A stretch of DNA of 64,000 nt from Callorhinchus milii (Eukaryota). Position numbers and translations under genes: made by a program. Below are positions 53,501-64,000 of the stretch, piece by piece. The DNA lies in NCBI RefSeq assembly GCF_018977255.1, contig NW_024704769.1, positions 1,674,001-1,738,000 on the forward strand, written 5' to 3'. Below the pieces are notes generated by a model. That model was not told where the DNA came from. It saw only the letters and a program-made list of their open reading frames with translations, and searched no databases. Within the stretch, counting starts at the first letter, position 1. Each line of letters begins with the position of its first letter.

Positions 53501-56500
53501 GGGAGAATGAAACTGAAATAGTTTTCAATCTGTCTATTATTAATAATTAATAATAATTATTATTAATCCATAGTCCTGCAGCAGCAAGAAAGCTTGTGGA
53601 TGAAGGAGTCAAAAACTTGGAAGGTAAGTTTCAAATCCCTTCACACTCTCTCTGATCTGCTTACTTCCCACTCCGCTACCCGCTGACTCCGCTCAGCTGG
53701 CTCTGGCCTCCTGCTTGTCCCTCTTTCTCTAGTCCACAGGACGCATGTGCAGGAGTTGTACCCAATGTGATATAGAGTAATGCTATGAAATGTGATGAAT
53801 ATAATGACCTATTTCTGTTTAATGCCTTCAGATCTGAGGAATAATGAAGATAAGTTAAATTATCACCAGAGGATTGGTTTGAAGTACGTATTTTTGTGTG
53901 CTTTCAGTCTTTATAGAATAGGTAAAATGCTGAGAGAATTGTGTAAAAGGAAAATAAACACTTTAGTTTCCACCGAGTAAGAAACTTACCCATCAGTAAG
54001 AAAGAACCCGGTTGTTTGTCGATTGGCAGGTCACTTTTCAGGGGTAATCCCTTAAAAAAAATTGGTCACTCATTCCATAACTGTTTGTGGGGACACTGTT
54101 GCGCGCAATTGACTGCTGTGTTCCACCCACAGAATTCACAGTCACTACACTTTACAGCATATTCTATGAAGCACTTTGCGACGAGTCAAAAACGTGATGA
54201 GTTTGAAATGCAAGGATTATTATTATACATCTTAATGATAAATACTGTCTATTATTCTGGTATTACTGTGACCGAAGAATCTGATTGCACCTACAGGTAT
54301 TTTGAAGATTTCGAAAAGAGAATTCCTCGAAATGAAATGTTGAAAATGCAGGTAAATAAGAAAGCAGTGGTTTTTTTTGCATTTATATAGCATCTCACAT
54401 AGGATGAGAATCTGCGAGCACTCCATAATGACAGTGGGGATCACTGGGAAACAAGGCTGTGTTTCAGAGTTTGTTGGCCAAAGATATGGTCAAAGAAAGA
54501 AGCTGTTACAACAACAACTTATATTTACACAGCCCCCTTCACATGGGGCAGCGGCTCGGAGCGCTTCACAGTGACAGAGCCTGACACCGAGCCGGGGTGG
54601 GGTGGGGGAGGAGGAGGTGAATGTAAGCACAGTCGAAGAGGAAGGTCTTCAGTCGTGATCTAAAAAGGGAAAGGAGGGGGCCGTATTTTTCCCAAAAATA
54701 CACAGTCAATTCACTTTCCGTTCTGTCAAGCGCTTTGAGATGGCTTTAACAACGTGATAAGGAGCTATATCAAATGTAAGGATTATTATTATTATTATTA
54801 TTAAAGTAACCAATATTAATTATTATTATTAAAGTAACCAATATTAATGTGTTTCCTAATCTGATCAACTCTGATTTCACAGTTTTCTTGTGATGGTGCA
54901 GTTGACTTTAGGGGTACCACTAAGGAAACCGGTGCGAGAATCTAATATCGCCTGTGCTTTGGCAAGGCTTTGGAGAGCTGCCTCCTCACGACTATCCCAT
55001 GTTAAACCTATTTTTGTTTCTGTGTCTCTTGAGGACCTAGTTCTGGAAGAAGTCAAGAAGTTGGATCCAGAGTATATCTCCACTGTTTGCGGAAGTTTCA
55101 GACGAGGTTGGTGCTGCCTACTTTCAACTCTAGACAGTTGGAGTTCAATTTCAATTCAATTGGGGTCCTGTAGCTCAGTGGTTAGTGCGCTCACCCTGCA
55201 AGTGAGACGACCCAGGTTTGATTCCTGGGTGGGGAAAATGGCAGAATAAGGATGATTATTATTATTATTAATGTTAGGCAAGTTTTCTTGCTCCACACAC
55301 CTCTGTTTACCAGCAGTAAATAGGAACCTGGTTGTTAGTCGATTGGCAGATTACTTTTCCGGGGATAATAGTCCCTTCAAAAAAAATTGGTTACTCAATC
55401 CATGACTGTTTGTGAGGCACCTCTGTGCCAATTAAAATGAAGACAATACCTTGTTGAGGAGGACAGACAGAGCTGAGCTTTGCTGTGTGTGGTTTTACTG
55501 TCGGGGAAATGTAATTGAAACAAACTCGGGGCAGCCTCCAGAATATTCATCAGTTACTCAGCTCCCATTCCCAGTAGCCTCCAGCCAATTGCCAACCTCA
55601 AACATTGTGCAACTGGGAGCTTGTGAAGAGATGGGCAAAGCAACTGCACATTTTGCCTGGTTCCCACGGAGTACACAATAACAGGAAACCACTGTCTGAG
55701 CAGGATTGGTGCTCGCACCTACTTGTTCCTTAGGTTACCATAGAGTTCAGCGATTCAGTTTCTAGAAACTTTTAGCAAGTTTTGTTACTCCATACGCCTC
55801 TGTTTATCTGACAGTAAGTAGGAGCCTGGTTGTTAGTCGATTCTGAGTGGCTTTTCGGATGGAATAATCCCTTCAACTGTTTTTAAAATAATCATAATTT
55901 GGCCACTCAATCCACGATTGTTGGGGGACACTGCTGTGAGCAATTGGCTGCCAGTTTACGCCCACAAAATACACAGTTAATCCACTTTACAGTAAATTGT
56001 TTGAGACTTCTCAATGACATAAGGCGCTATATCAAATACAAGGATTATTACCTTGATTTTGGTACGAGGGTATGGGAGTAGTGAGCACTGACATCAGTCT
56101 TCTCCGTTTCAAAAACATATCTTCTTAGTTGATTTATTAATATCTCAAAAATGGAATTCAGCATCTGCACAAATTTACAAATAATAATGCAAGTGTTGAA
56201 GCAAAAGACCTCATTTGACTTACAGTTAACAGTTCTGCTTTCAGCCACTTGGTGTCACCATTGTTCTTTTAAACTGGAACGACCAATCTCATAATAATAA
56301 TAATAATAATCCCTGCATTTGACACAGCGCCTTATCACGTCTTCGAGACGTCTCAAAGCGCTTCACAGGATACACTGTAACATGAATTGACTGTGTATCT
56401 TGTGGGTGAAATGCGGCAGCCAATTGCGCACGGCAGCGTCCCCACAAACCGCCGTGGATTGAGTGACAACATATTTTTGGAGGGATTATTGGCGATCCGC

Positions 56501-59500
56501 CAATTGACTAATAACCGGGTTCCTACTTACTGCTAGATATACAGAGGCGTGTGTGTAAGGAAACATGCCTAAGGTTTCGCCCTGACCTGCCCAGGAATCA
56601 ACCCAGGTTCTCTGGCTTGCGAGGCGAGCGCTTTAACCACTGAGCTACACACCTCCACAATTTTAATATTAGCAGATGTAATGGGCGTCAGTAAAGACAC
56701 AGTTTAGTTCATTCTTGTTGTCCTCTTGTTCAAGGTGCCTTGTCCAGTGGTGATATGGATATTCTTTTGACTCATCCAGACTATACCTCAGAGTCAACCA
56801 AAAAGGTGAGTTGGGATGAACTGGGTTTGGATTTCACAGGATATGTGAACTAATTAAAAATCACCAAAGGACAAATTAATCAGAGCTGTGCAACTGGAGC
56901 AGAATTCCGGTGTGAGAAGCCACAATTTTCACAGGCAAGCAGCTGTGGTCATGTACCTCGAGGTGTTCAAAATTATGAGTGGTTTCCCAAGAGCAGATAG
57001 GGAGAAACTGTTTCCTCTGGAGGGCAGGTAGGTCGGTAACCAGAGGACACACAGATTTAAGATAGTTGTCAAAAGTACCAAAGAGGAAGCAAGGAGACAT
57101 TTTATTTCTTCGAGACATCTCTGTTGTCTTCGAATCGTCTCAAAGTGCTTCACAGAATATATTGTAAAGTGAATTGACTGTGTTTTGTGGGTGTTGGACT
57201 TATATGCATCTGATAGTCAGGGGCTTGCACCCCATCCGTTCTTACAGGGACTTTGAAGCTAATCTAGACATCCTAGATTGAGTTCAGAATTCACCCGATG
57301 GCCTTTCACAAGAGCAGCATGAGAGACAAATGTCTTGTAAAATTGATGAAAGCAACAAAAGTGGGTTTCATAAGAACATAAGAAATGTTAGACGAAAAAG
57401 GGCCAAGGTCCATCTACTTCGCCTTTCACCTTCCTCGCAGTTACTTGCACATGTGTCTCAAACTACTATGATCACTTCAATCCACGACTGTTTGTGGGAC
57501 ACTGTTGTGCGCAATTGGCTGCCGCATTTCGTCCACAAAATATACAGTCAATTCACTTTACAATATATTCTGTGAAGAGTTTTGAGACGCCTAGGAGACG
57601 TGAAAAGCGCTATATCAAATGCAAGGATTATTATTACTATATCCCATAATGTTATTTCTTAAAGAAAACTATCTAATCTGTGTTTGAAAGGTTAGGTTTC
57701 CCTTGAGCATTGAAATCTGGCAGTTTTGCACTTTTTCATGTAAAGGCTAGTGAGAATCTGGAACTCTCTCTCTCTCTCTCCCCCAAAAGGCTGTAGATTA
57801 TGACTGGATCAATTCACATCTTCCAGACTGAGGTGGAGAGATATTTGTTAGGTCAGGGGATCAAGGGATACGGGGCAGAGGCGGTTAATTGGAGTTGAGG
57901 TACAGATCAGCCCTGATCTTATAGAATGGTGGAACAGGCTCGAGAGGCTGAATGGCCTCCTCCTGTTCCTATAAGCCACAACTTGTTTTGTGTATTTTGT
58001 ACGGGAGTGAAGCCAAGCTTGTCGTTTCCTGATCAGATCACGGAGCTCCAAGGCATCCCCAACTCCAAAGGCAAATTGCTTCTCAAAATATTCATTAGGG
58101 TTTATTTTAAAGTCCTGATTGACAAGTCGTGATGTGCTCTCGGCAACAGAAGCACCCAGTTCAGAGAAGGCTTGCAAAGGGAGGGAACTAAAAATAGAGT
58201 CTATGCCTTTAATCAAAGGTAAACCTAATAATAATAATAAACGTTGTATTTGATATAGCACCTTATCACGTCTTTGAGCCGTCTCAAAGCCCTTCACATA
58301 AACTGTAAAGTACAGTGACTGTAAATTTATTGGGTAAAGGGATTCTTACCCCTAGAATAGCAATACATCTTTCGACTTATGGTGTGGGTCGGAGGGTGAC
58401 CAAAGGCGTGGTCAAAAAGAGAGAGGTCTTCAGATGGGCCTTGAAGGAGGCAAGGGAGGAGCGAGGCGAGGAAACTGTGGGATGGAGTTTGGAAGGTGCA
58501 GATAGGCTGCAGTCCCGACTGTCGATGGTGGGGTGGGCCGGGCGGGGGACATGGAGCAGGCCAGAGCCCGCTGAGCGGAGGGAGTGGACAGGTTGGTGTG
58601 GCATTAGCAGGTCACAGAGGTTGTGGGGATGGAGGGCTTTGAAAGTGGGGATGAGGATTTTGAACTCAATCCTCGGGGGGGATGGGGCGCCAGAGAATAC
58701 ACCAAAAGCCACATCCAAGAGACGGATGCGCTCTTAACTCAAAGTGCCACACATTTAAGATCTTGCGAGACGCAAACCTTGTGCTTCAGGGCTATAATAT
58801 ATTAAAAGTGAGTATTATTCCTCTCCACACCACATGTTGAAAATCAAGGTCATATTTTACATTTGAAAGAAACTGTGATGTGTGCAGACACGCAATGTGC
58901 CTTAACCCAATCTTTTCAGTAGTTCCACATCTGTAGCTTTTGCAACCTTCAGGGCAATCAGATAGACTGTCAATTTATAAATAATAATCAGAATAATACT
59001 CCTTGTATTTGATATAGCGCCTTGTTACCTCAAAATACGTTACAGGATATACTGGCCGTGACAATGGGAGAGAGAGGGAGAAACTCCCTTATCTTTCCGA
59101 ATAGTGTCATGGGATCTTTAACATCCATCTGAACAGGCAGATATTTCATCTGAAGGACAGCACCTCCGACAATGGAACGAACATCCCCCCTCCCCCACCC
59201 CCCCGCCTCCCAGCGCTGCATTATAATTATTATAAATATCAATGTATAGAAACGTGCCAGGAACATAATGCAAACGTTCCTACACCACATCTAATGGGGA
59301 AAAAATTAATTAAGCTTGTACTACAATTGGTATCATAACAGCAGCTGGGATTGAAAACAAACTCTCCTCTCTAGCCAACTCTCATATCTGATATCATACC
59401 CTCACCACCGCTTGGCCAATAGTCCCCCAGATAAAATTAGTCATTCGCACGACAGTTTGTGGGACACTGCTGGATGCAATTGACTGCTGCATTTTGCACA

Positions 59501-59859
59501 CAAAAAATATACAGTCAATCCACTTTACAGTATATCCTTTGAAGCTCTTTGAGACATCTCAACGGCGTGATAAGGCACTACATAAAATGCAAGGATTATT
59601 ATATCAAATGCAAAGATTATTATTAAGATGCAAGTGATTATGTTGGTTCCTTCTGCAGAAATCTTTATGAGAAGAACGAGAAATCCTGAGGATTTCGAGT
59701 GCTGCTCATTGAGGCGACTGAATGTTTTTGAATGAGGGAAATGAACTTGACGTTTCTTTGGGATATTTTCAGCCAAAGCTTCTCCACAAAGTTGTGGAAT
59801 GTCTGGAAAGGACAGGATTTGTGACGGAAACCATTTCTAAGGGGGACACCAAGTATATG
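47484..59859 (+). CDS. POLB: DNA polymerase beta, exons 1-11 (residues 1-236); 3' exons lie beyond the window
   Basis: In-frame join with MSKRKAP start, lyase residues H34/K35/Y39/K72, GSFRRG and catalytic D190/D192 (GDMDILL). Confidence 0.97.
47545..47835. repeat. G-rich 14-19-bp minisatellite at the start of POLB intron 1
   Basis: GGGGT(T)AATGGGGA units. Confidence 0.95.
48205..48742 (+). mobile_element. L2 LINE 3' fragment
   Basis: ORF2 remnant ...[20 protein letters not shown]... plus tail CAGCGCCTCGGGACGTCCTCCCGACGTGAAAGGCGCTCTGTAAATGGAAT(GTT)n. Further copies at ~10270, 18950, 25230, 27375, 32270, 32860, 33290, 39820, 45640, 52640, 58370 and 59900. Confidence 0.8.
49482..49798 (+). 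mobile_element. Young SINE copy, left arm of an inverted pair
   Basis: GGAGTCCTGTAGCTCAGTGG head through (ATT)n tail. Confidence 0.9.
50878..51202 (-). mobile_element. Young SINE copy, right arm of an inverted pair
   Basis: Reverse complement differs from 49482-49798 at roughly 10 positions by eye. Confidence 0.9.
51351..51408 (+). CDS. POLB: POLB exon 2
   Basis: [18 protein letters not shown]. Confidence 0.96.
52203..52269 (+). CDS. POLB: POLB exon 3
   Basis: [22 protein letters not shown]. Confidence 0.96.
52560..52634 (+). CDS. POLB: POLB exon 4
   Basis: [25 protein letters not shown]. Confidence 0.96.
53006..53064 (+). CDS. POLB: POLB exon 5
   Basis: [19 protein letters not shown]. 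Confidence 0.96.
53574..53623 (+). CDS. POLB: POLB exon 6
   Basis: [16 protein letters not shown]. Confidence 0.95.
53832..53883 (+). CDS. POLB: POLB exon 7
   Basis: [16 protein letters not shown]. Confidence 0.95.
54297..54351 (+). CDS. POLB: POLB exon 8
   Basis: [18 protein letters not shown]. Confidence 0.96.
55034..55106 (+). CDS. POLB: POLB exon 9
   Basis: [24 protein letters not shown]; GAG acceptor. Confidence 0.95.
56291..56650 (-). mobile_element. Dominant tRNA-Ala SINE, full length
   Basis: Complete head, body and tail. Confidence 0.88.
56735..56805 (+). CDS. POLB: POLB exon 10
   Basis: [23 protein letters not shown]; AAG acceptor. Confidence 0.96.
56935..57110 (+). mobile_element. 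CR1 ORF2 fragment
   Basis: [22 protein letters not shown]...RFKIV-like remnant. Confidence 0.7.
57745..57975 (+). mobile_element. CR1 3' end
   Basis: LWNSLP-region followed by the CR1 terminal sequence. Confidence 0.8.
59773..59859 (+). CDS. POLB: POLB exon 11
   Basis: [29 protein letters not shown], 87 nt. Confidence 0.96.
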
Positions 59860-61499
59860 GTGAGTACCTCTATTTATTCCTGCTTCATGGTTCAACAGCT
59901 TGCATTTACACAGTTCCCTTCAAGGGGGGGGGACTGCGTGTTGGAGCTGGGGGGAGGGAGGAGGTGACCGTAAACACGGTCGAAGAGGAAGGTGTTCAGT
60001 CTTGATCTAAGCGAGGAGAAGGAGGGGGTAAAGCGGAGGGATTGGGGGAGAGAGAGTTCCAAAGCCTCATGGTGTAGTGGCTGAAAGCACGGCCGCCGCT
60101 GGTGGAGCGGAGGGGACGAGGGACAAGCAATAGGCCAGAACCAACTGAACGGAGGCAACGAGTTGTGGAGTTGGGAGAAAGCTCAGAAAGGTAGGGAGGT
60201 GCCAGGGTGTGAAGGGATTTGTAGGTCACTATGCCCTGCTGATAAGATAGGAGCTAGGTGAATGATCTTCAGAGAATGTCTCTTCCTCTTGTTTCAGCGT
60301 CACAAACCTGAGTTAAGGATCTAATAGATTTTTTTTTGAGCAAAAGGCAGATATTAAAGTGCTGGCAGCAGAATGGTGTAATAATAAGAATCCTTGCATT
60401 TGTTATAGAATCGTAGAATCTTACAACACAGAAGGAGGCCATTCGGCCCATGGGGTCTGTGCCGACTCTTTGAAGGAACTGCCAACTATTCCCACAAACT
60501 GTCGTGGATTGAGTGACCAATTTACAATATAGCTCCTTATCACGTCATTGAGACGTCTCAAAGCGCTTCACAGAATATATTGTGGAGTGACTGTATTCTG
60601 TGTGCAAAATGCGGCAGCCAATTGCGGACAGTAGTGTCTCACAAACAGTCATGGATTGAGTGACCATTTTACAATTTTTTTTGGAAGGGATTATTATCCC
60701 CAGAAAGCAATCCGCCAATCGACTAACAGCCGAGTTCTTAAACTTGCCTGAGGTTTTGACCCGCGTGGGAATCGAACCCAGATCCTCTCGCTCGCAAGGC
60801 AAGTGCTCCAACCCACTATTCTACGGGATCCACCAACATCTGGGTGTCGGTTTGTGTAGGCACAAGAAACCACCCATCAAGCTATGAACTGAGACTTGTG
60901 GCGTTCAAAAACCACAGGCGGTCACAGAGCCTACTTTTCAGATCAGGAGAAGGTTTGAGGGCTCACATTAATCAGTCACAAGCTCTGATGAACAGGGCAC
61001 GATTCATTCCTTCCCTGTCTCGATCTTTGAAATCGAATCAGTAATGTTCATCTTAACTGGCTTCCTGTTGGTAACCGAACCCTCCCGTTCTGTCATCTCA
61101 ATCCTCACTATTCTTTCAAAAGTACAAAACCTGATCTGGGGGAAGTTGTTAAGTTTTAATCACACGTGCAGATTCTTTTTCTGTTTGAAATTCCCTTCAG
61201 CTGGTCGGACTGTCTGGAGGAGGGGCAGAACAGGCGTGTTTTACATTGATCTTTGTTTCAGATCATTGTAACATCACCTGCTCGGTCTTTCCACCAGTGA
61301 GTGAGCGAGCGAGCGACTTTGGGGAACCTGTGGTAATTGACTGCATTCATCACACGAGGTGCGACGTACACGTTTTATAAACGTTTGAATTAATTTGAGA
61401 ATTAAATCGCAAAAGCAATTGTGGCGTCTTGTAAAGCGGGGATTGTATCAAATGAACCTGCCGAGTAATTAATCTACATTGTTTGCCGTGAAAAGGGGG

Positions 61500-61880
61500 A
61501 AGGAGGGGGCAAGGCGGAGGTATTGAGGTCCACTTTAGGACTTGGAATATATGCTGGGTGCATTGTCGAAGGTACCATCCTTCAGATGAGACGTTAAACC
61601 GAGTCCCGTCTGCCTGTTTAGGTGGATGTCAAAGATCCTGGAGTGCTATTCGAGAAGAAAAGGGAGTCTCTCTCTCCAGGTATCCTGGACAACAATCCCC
61701 CAACTAAAATTAAATTTAAACTCATTCCACAACTCTTTGTGGGACACTGCTGTGCGCAACTGGCTGCCGTGTCTCACCCACAAAATACCCAGTCAATCCA
61801 CTTTACAGTATATCCTGTAAAACGCTTTGAGATGTCTTGACGGGATGATAAGGCGATATATCAAATGCAATGGGTTATTG
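61500..61880 (+). mobile_element. Deu-domain SINE (SacSINE1/AmnSINE1-like)
   Basis: GATGAGACGTTAAACCGAG...GGTGGATGTCAAAGATCC...CTATTCGAGAAGAAAAGGGAG...GGTATCCTGGACAA matches the Deu core as recalled, followed by the shared 3' body and L2-like tail. Other copies at ~7290-7610(-), 10600-10830(-), 13885-14175(+), 16190-16450(-), 59040-59230(-). Confidence 0.75.
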
Positions 61881-62215
61881 TTACTATAAGTTCATAATAA
61901 TAAAATAGTAGGATGTAAACCTGTAACGTTTAAACTGTAATTTAAAAATTTCCTGTTGCTTGGCCAAGTAGTCATTGACTTATTTGGAACTGAGTGATAT
62001 ATTGGGTGTAAAATAGCCTGAGGATAGGTAGGAGGGTTTTGGAGGAGAAAAGGGCAGGATGTGGTTTCTCTATTAGCATTCTCCATAGGAAACAGGAGAC
62101 AAGAACCCTTCCAACTTTACTGAAAGCCCTGTGTTGAGGTTTCATTTGGGGTTTGGTCTGATAATTTAATTGTGACTTTGATCTCCACATCCCTTACAAG
62201 AGAGAGAGAGAGAGA

Positions 62216-62573
62216 TGAGCCCTCTAGCTCAGTGGTTATACTGCGAGAGGACCCAGGTTCATTTCCCGGGCAGGGCAAAACGTTAGGCAAGTTTCCTTAC
62301 TCCACACACAAGCCTCTGTTTACCAGCAGTAAGTAGGAACCTGGTTGTTAGTTGACTGACTGGAGTAATAATCCCATCAAAGAACTAAATAAAGGAATAA
62401 TTCGGTCACTCAATTCACGACTGTTTGTGGGAATGTTGCTTTTGCTGCAATAAGCGGCTGCATTTCGCCCACAAAATATGCATTCAATTCACTTTACAGT
62501 GTATTCCGTGAAGCGCTTTGAGACGTCGCGAAGACGTGATAAGGCGTTATATCAATTATAAGGATTATTATTA
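62216..62573 (+). mobile_element. Dominant tRNA-Ala SINE, full length with a decayed head
   Basis: Body and tail match the family. Confidence 0.85.
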
Positions 62574-62819
62574 TGAGTTTTTTTAAGGAAATGCTTTGTT
62601 TTCCACTGGGCTTCATGTAGATGACAAAATATCTGATACAAATTGTGTGAGTCCAAGAATCAGGGTGCAGGTCATTTATAGTTTGAGGATACTGGCAAGT
62701 GGAGGGGGACCCAATCCACTGTGGATTATATTTGTTTGTCTCTGCCAGTTTCCTGCAGCATTTACAATTGTGGTTAATGTAGGCATCTCATCATATGAGG
62801 TAACTTAGTGTTGGGGGGG

Positions 62820-63165
62820 ATTTAAACACCACAACTTTCAGGAGGCAGTTTTTCACCCAAAGGCAACTGGGATCTAGAATCCTCTCTCTCGCCCAAAAGG
62901 CTGTAGATTATGGCTGGATCCACTCACATCGTAAAGACTGAGGCGGAGAGATGTTTGTTAGCTCAGGGGATATGACCCAACTGTGCAGCGCCTTGGGACG
63001 TCCTCCTGACGTGAAAGGCGCTCTATAAATGGAATCTTGTTGTTGTTGTTGTTGTTGATATGGGACAAAGCCTGGTATTTGGAGTTGAGGTACAGATCAG
63101 CCGTGATCTTATAGAACGGCAGAACAGGCTCGAAGGGCTGAATGGCCTCCTCCTATTCCTTATGC
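62820..63165 (+). mobile_element. CR1 3' end interrupted by an 82-bp L2 tail (62975-63056)
   Basis: GATATG direct repeats at 62969-62974 and 63057-63062 flank the insert. Confidence 0.8.
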
Positions 63166-63239
63166 AACTCTATGTCTTTTATATTGCATACTGAGCCATT
63201 TAACACAACTTAATAGAATAATACCTTATAATGCATCCA

Positions 63240-63557
63240 GTAAGATATAATCCTTGCATTTGATATAGTCTTATGACGGCGTTGAAACATCTCAAAACGC
63301 TTCGCAGAATATACTGTAAAGTGAGTTGACTGTATATTTTACGGGCAAAACACGGCAGCCAATTGCACACTGAAACGTCCAACAAACGGTCATAGATTGA
63401 GCGATCAAATTTTTCTTTTGGAAGGATTATTACCTGTGGGTCCCTACGTGTGTGTAGAGTAAGGAAGCTTGCCTAAGGTTTCGTCCTGCCCAGGAATCAA
63501 ACCCAGGTCCTCTCGCTTGTGAGACAAGCGCTCTAACCACTGCACTACAGGACTCCA
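63240..63557 (-). mobile_element. Dominant tRNA-Ala SINE, full length
   Basis: Head ...GGACTCC at 63551-63557, tail near 63250. Confidence 0.85.
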
Positions 63558-64000
63558 CAGGTTGAACTGCAGAATTTTTTCAGTGTGACTGTTTACTATA
63601 AGATCGCAACCTGGCTCTCTGGATAGTTTGGGCGGGTAATGAAGAATATTCGTGCTGGAGATTTCATACTGGTGAATTCCTACCTGAGTACATAATATTT
63701 ACGATGCAGAAATAATTATTGTGCTGATTTTGTGGGACCACAAGACTTCAGTGTGTGGAGCCAACAGAAGTTTTGTTCCGTGTGAAAACATTGATAGAGA
63801 GTAGCGGAGACGAGGAGAAAGCTTAATTGGGGTTACTGTTTATAATGTGTACAGCAGCGCTGTGCTAGGGGTGATGTGCAGTGATAATAATTATCCTTAC
63901 ATTTGATATAGCGCCTTATCACATCGTTAAAGATGTTTCAAAGCGCTTTACAGAATGTTACTTATCTTTTCTCTGTTCTTAATAAAACAGTGATTTATAG

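Noticed and set aside
62640-62810. Possible POLB exon 12 (...LCQFP...)
   Set aside because: No RRIDIR-like motif and no suitable splice sites; exons 12-14 are presumed to lie beyond the window
63960-64000. Pyrimidine tract and terminal AG as the POLB exon-12 acceptor
   Set aside because: Cannot be tested because the downstream sequence is outside the window

Overview
Repeat-dense vertebrate genomic scaffold with two N gaps. It is most likely from a cartilaginous fish, inferred from Deu-domain SINEs, shark-type CR1 3' ends and the degree of protein divergence. Four spliced genes were reconstructed by hand from AG/GT boundaries, reading phase and recalled similarity to human proteins: the 5' end of PLAT (minus strand, runs off the left edge), complete IKBKB (21 coding exons, 744 aa), complete ENKD1 (7 coding exons, 367 aa) and POLB exons 1-11 (plus strand, incomplete at the right edge). 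The rest is tRNA-Ala-headed SINEs (more than 35 copies or fragments by eye), Deu-SINEs, L2 and CR1 3' fragments, an unclassified ~700-bp repeat family, and many micro- and minisatellites. Almost all long ORFs in the six-frame track are artefacts of these repeats. The most interesting observations are: ENKD1 lying inside the PLAT-IKBKB-POLB block; a duplicated N-terminal motif in ENKD1; a candidate alternative IKKbeta last exon lacking the NEMO-binding motif; minisatellites that copy splice signals; a composite CORE-like/Deu/L2-tail SINE with a ~97% identical inverted pair in POLB intron 1; and a GC3/CpG transition inside POLB. No prokaryote-type system (CRISPR, operon) is present. All identities and counts are by eye; no searches were run.
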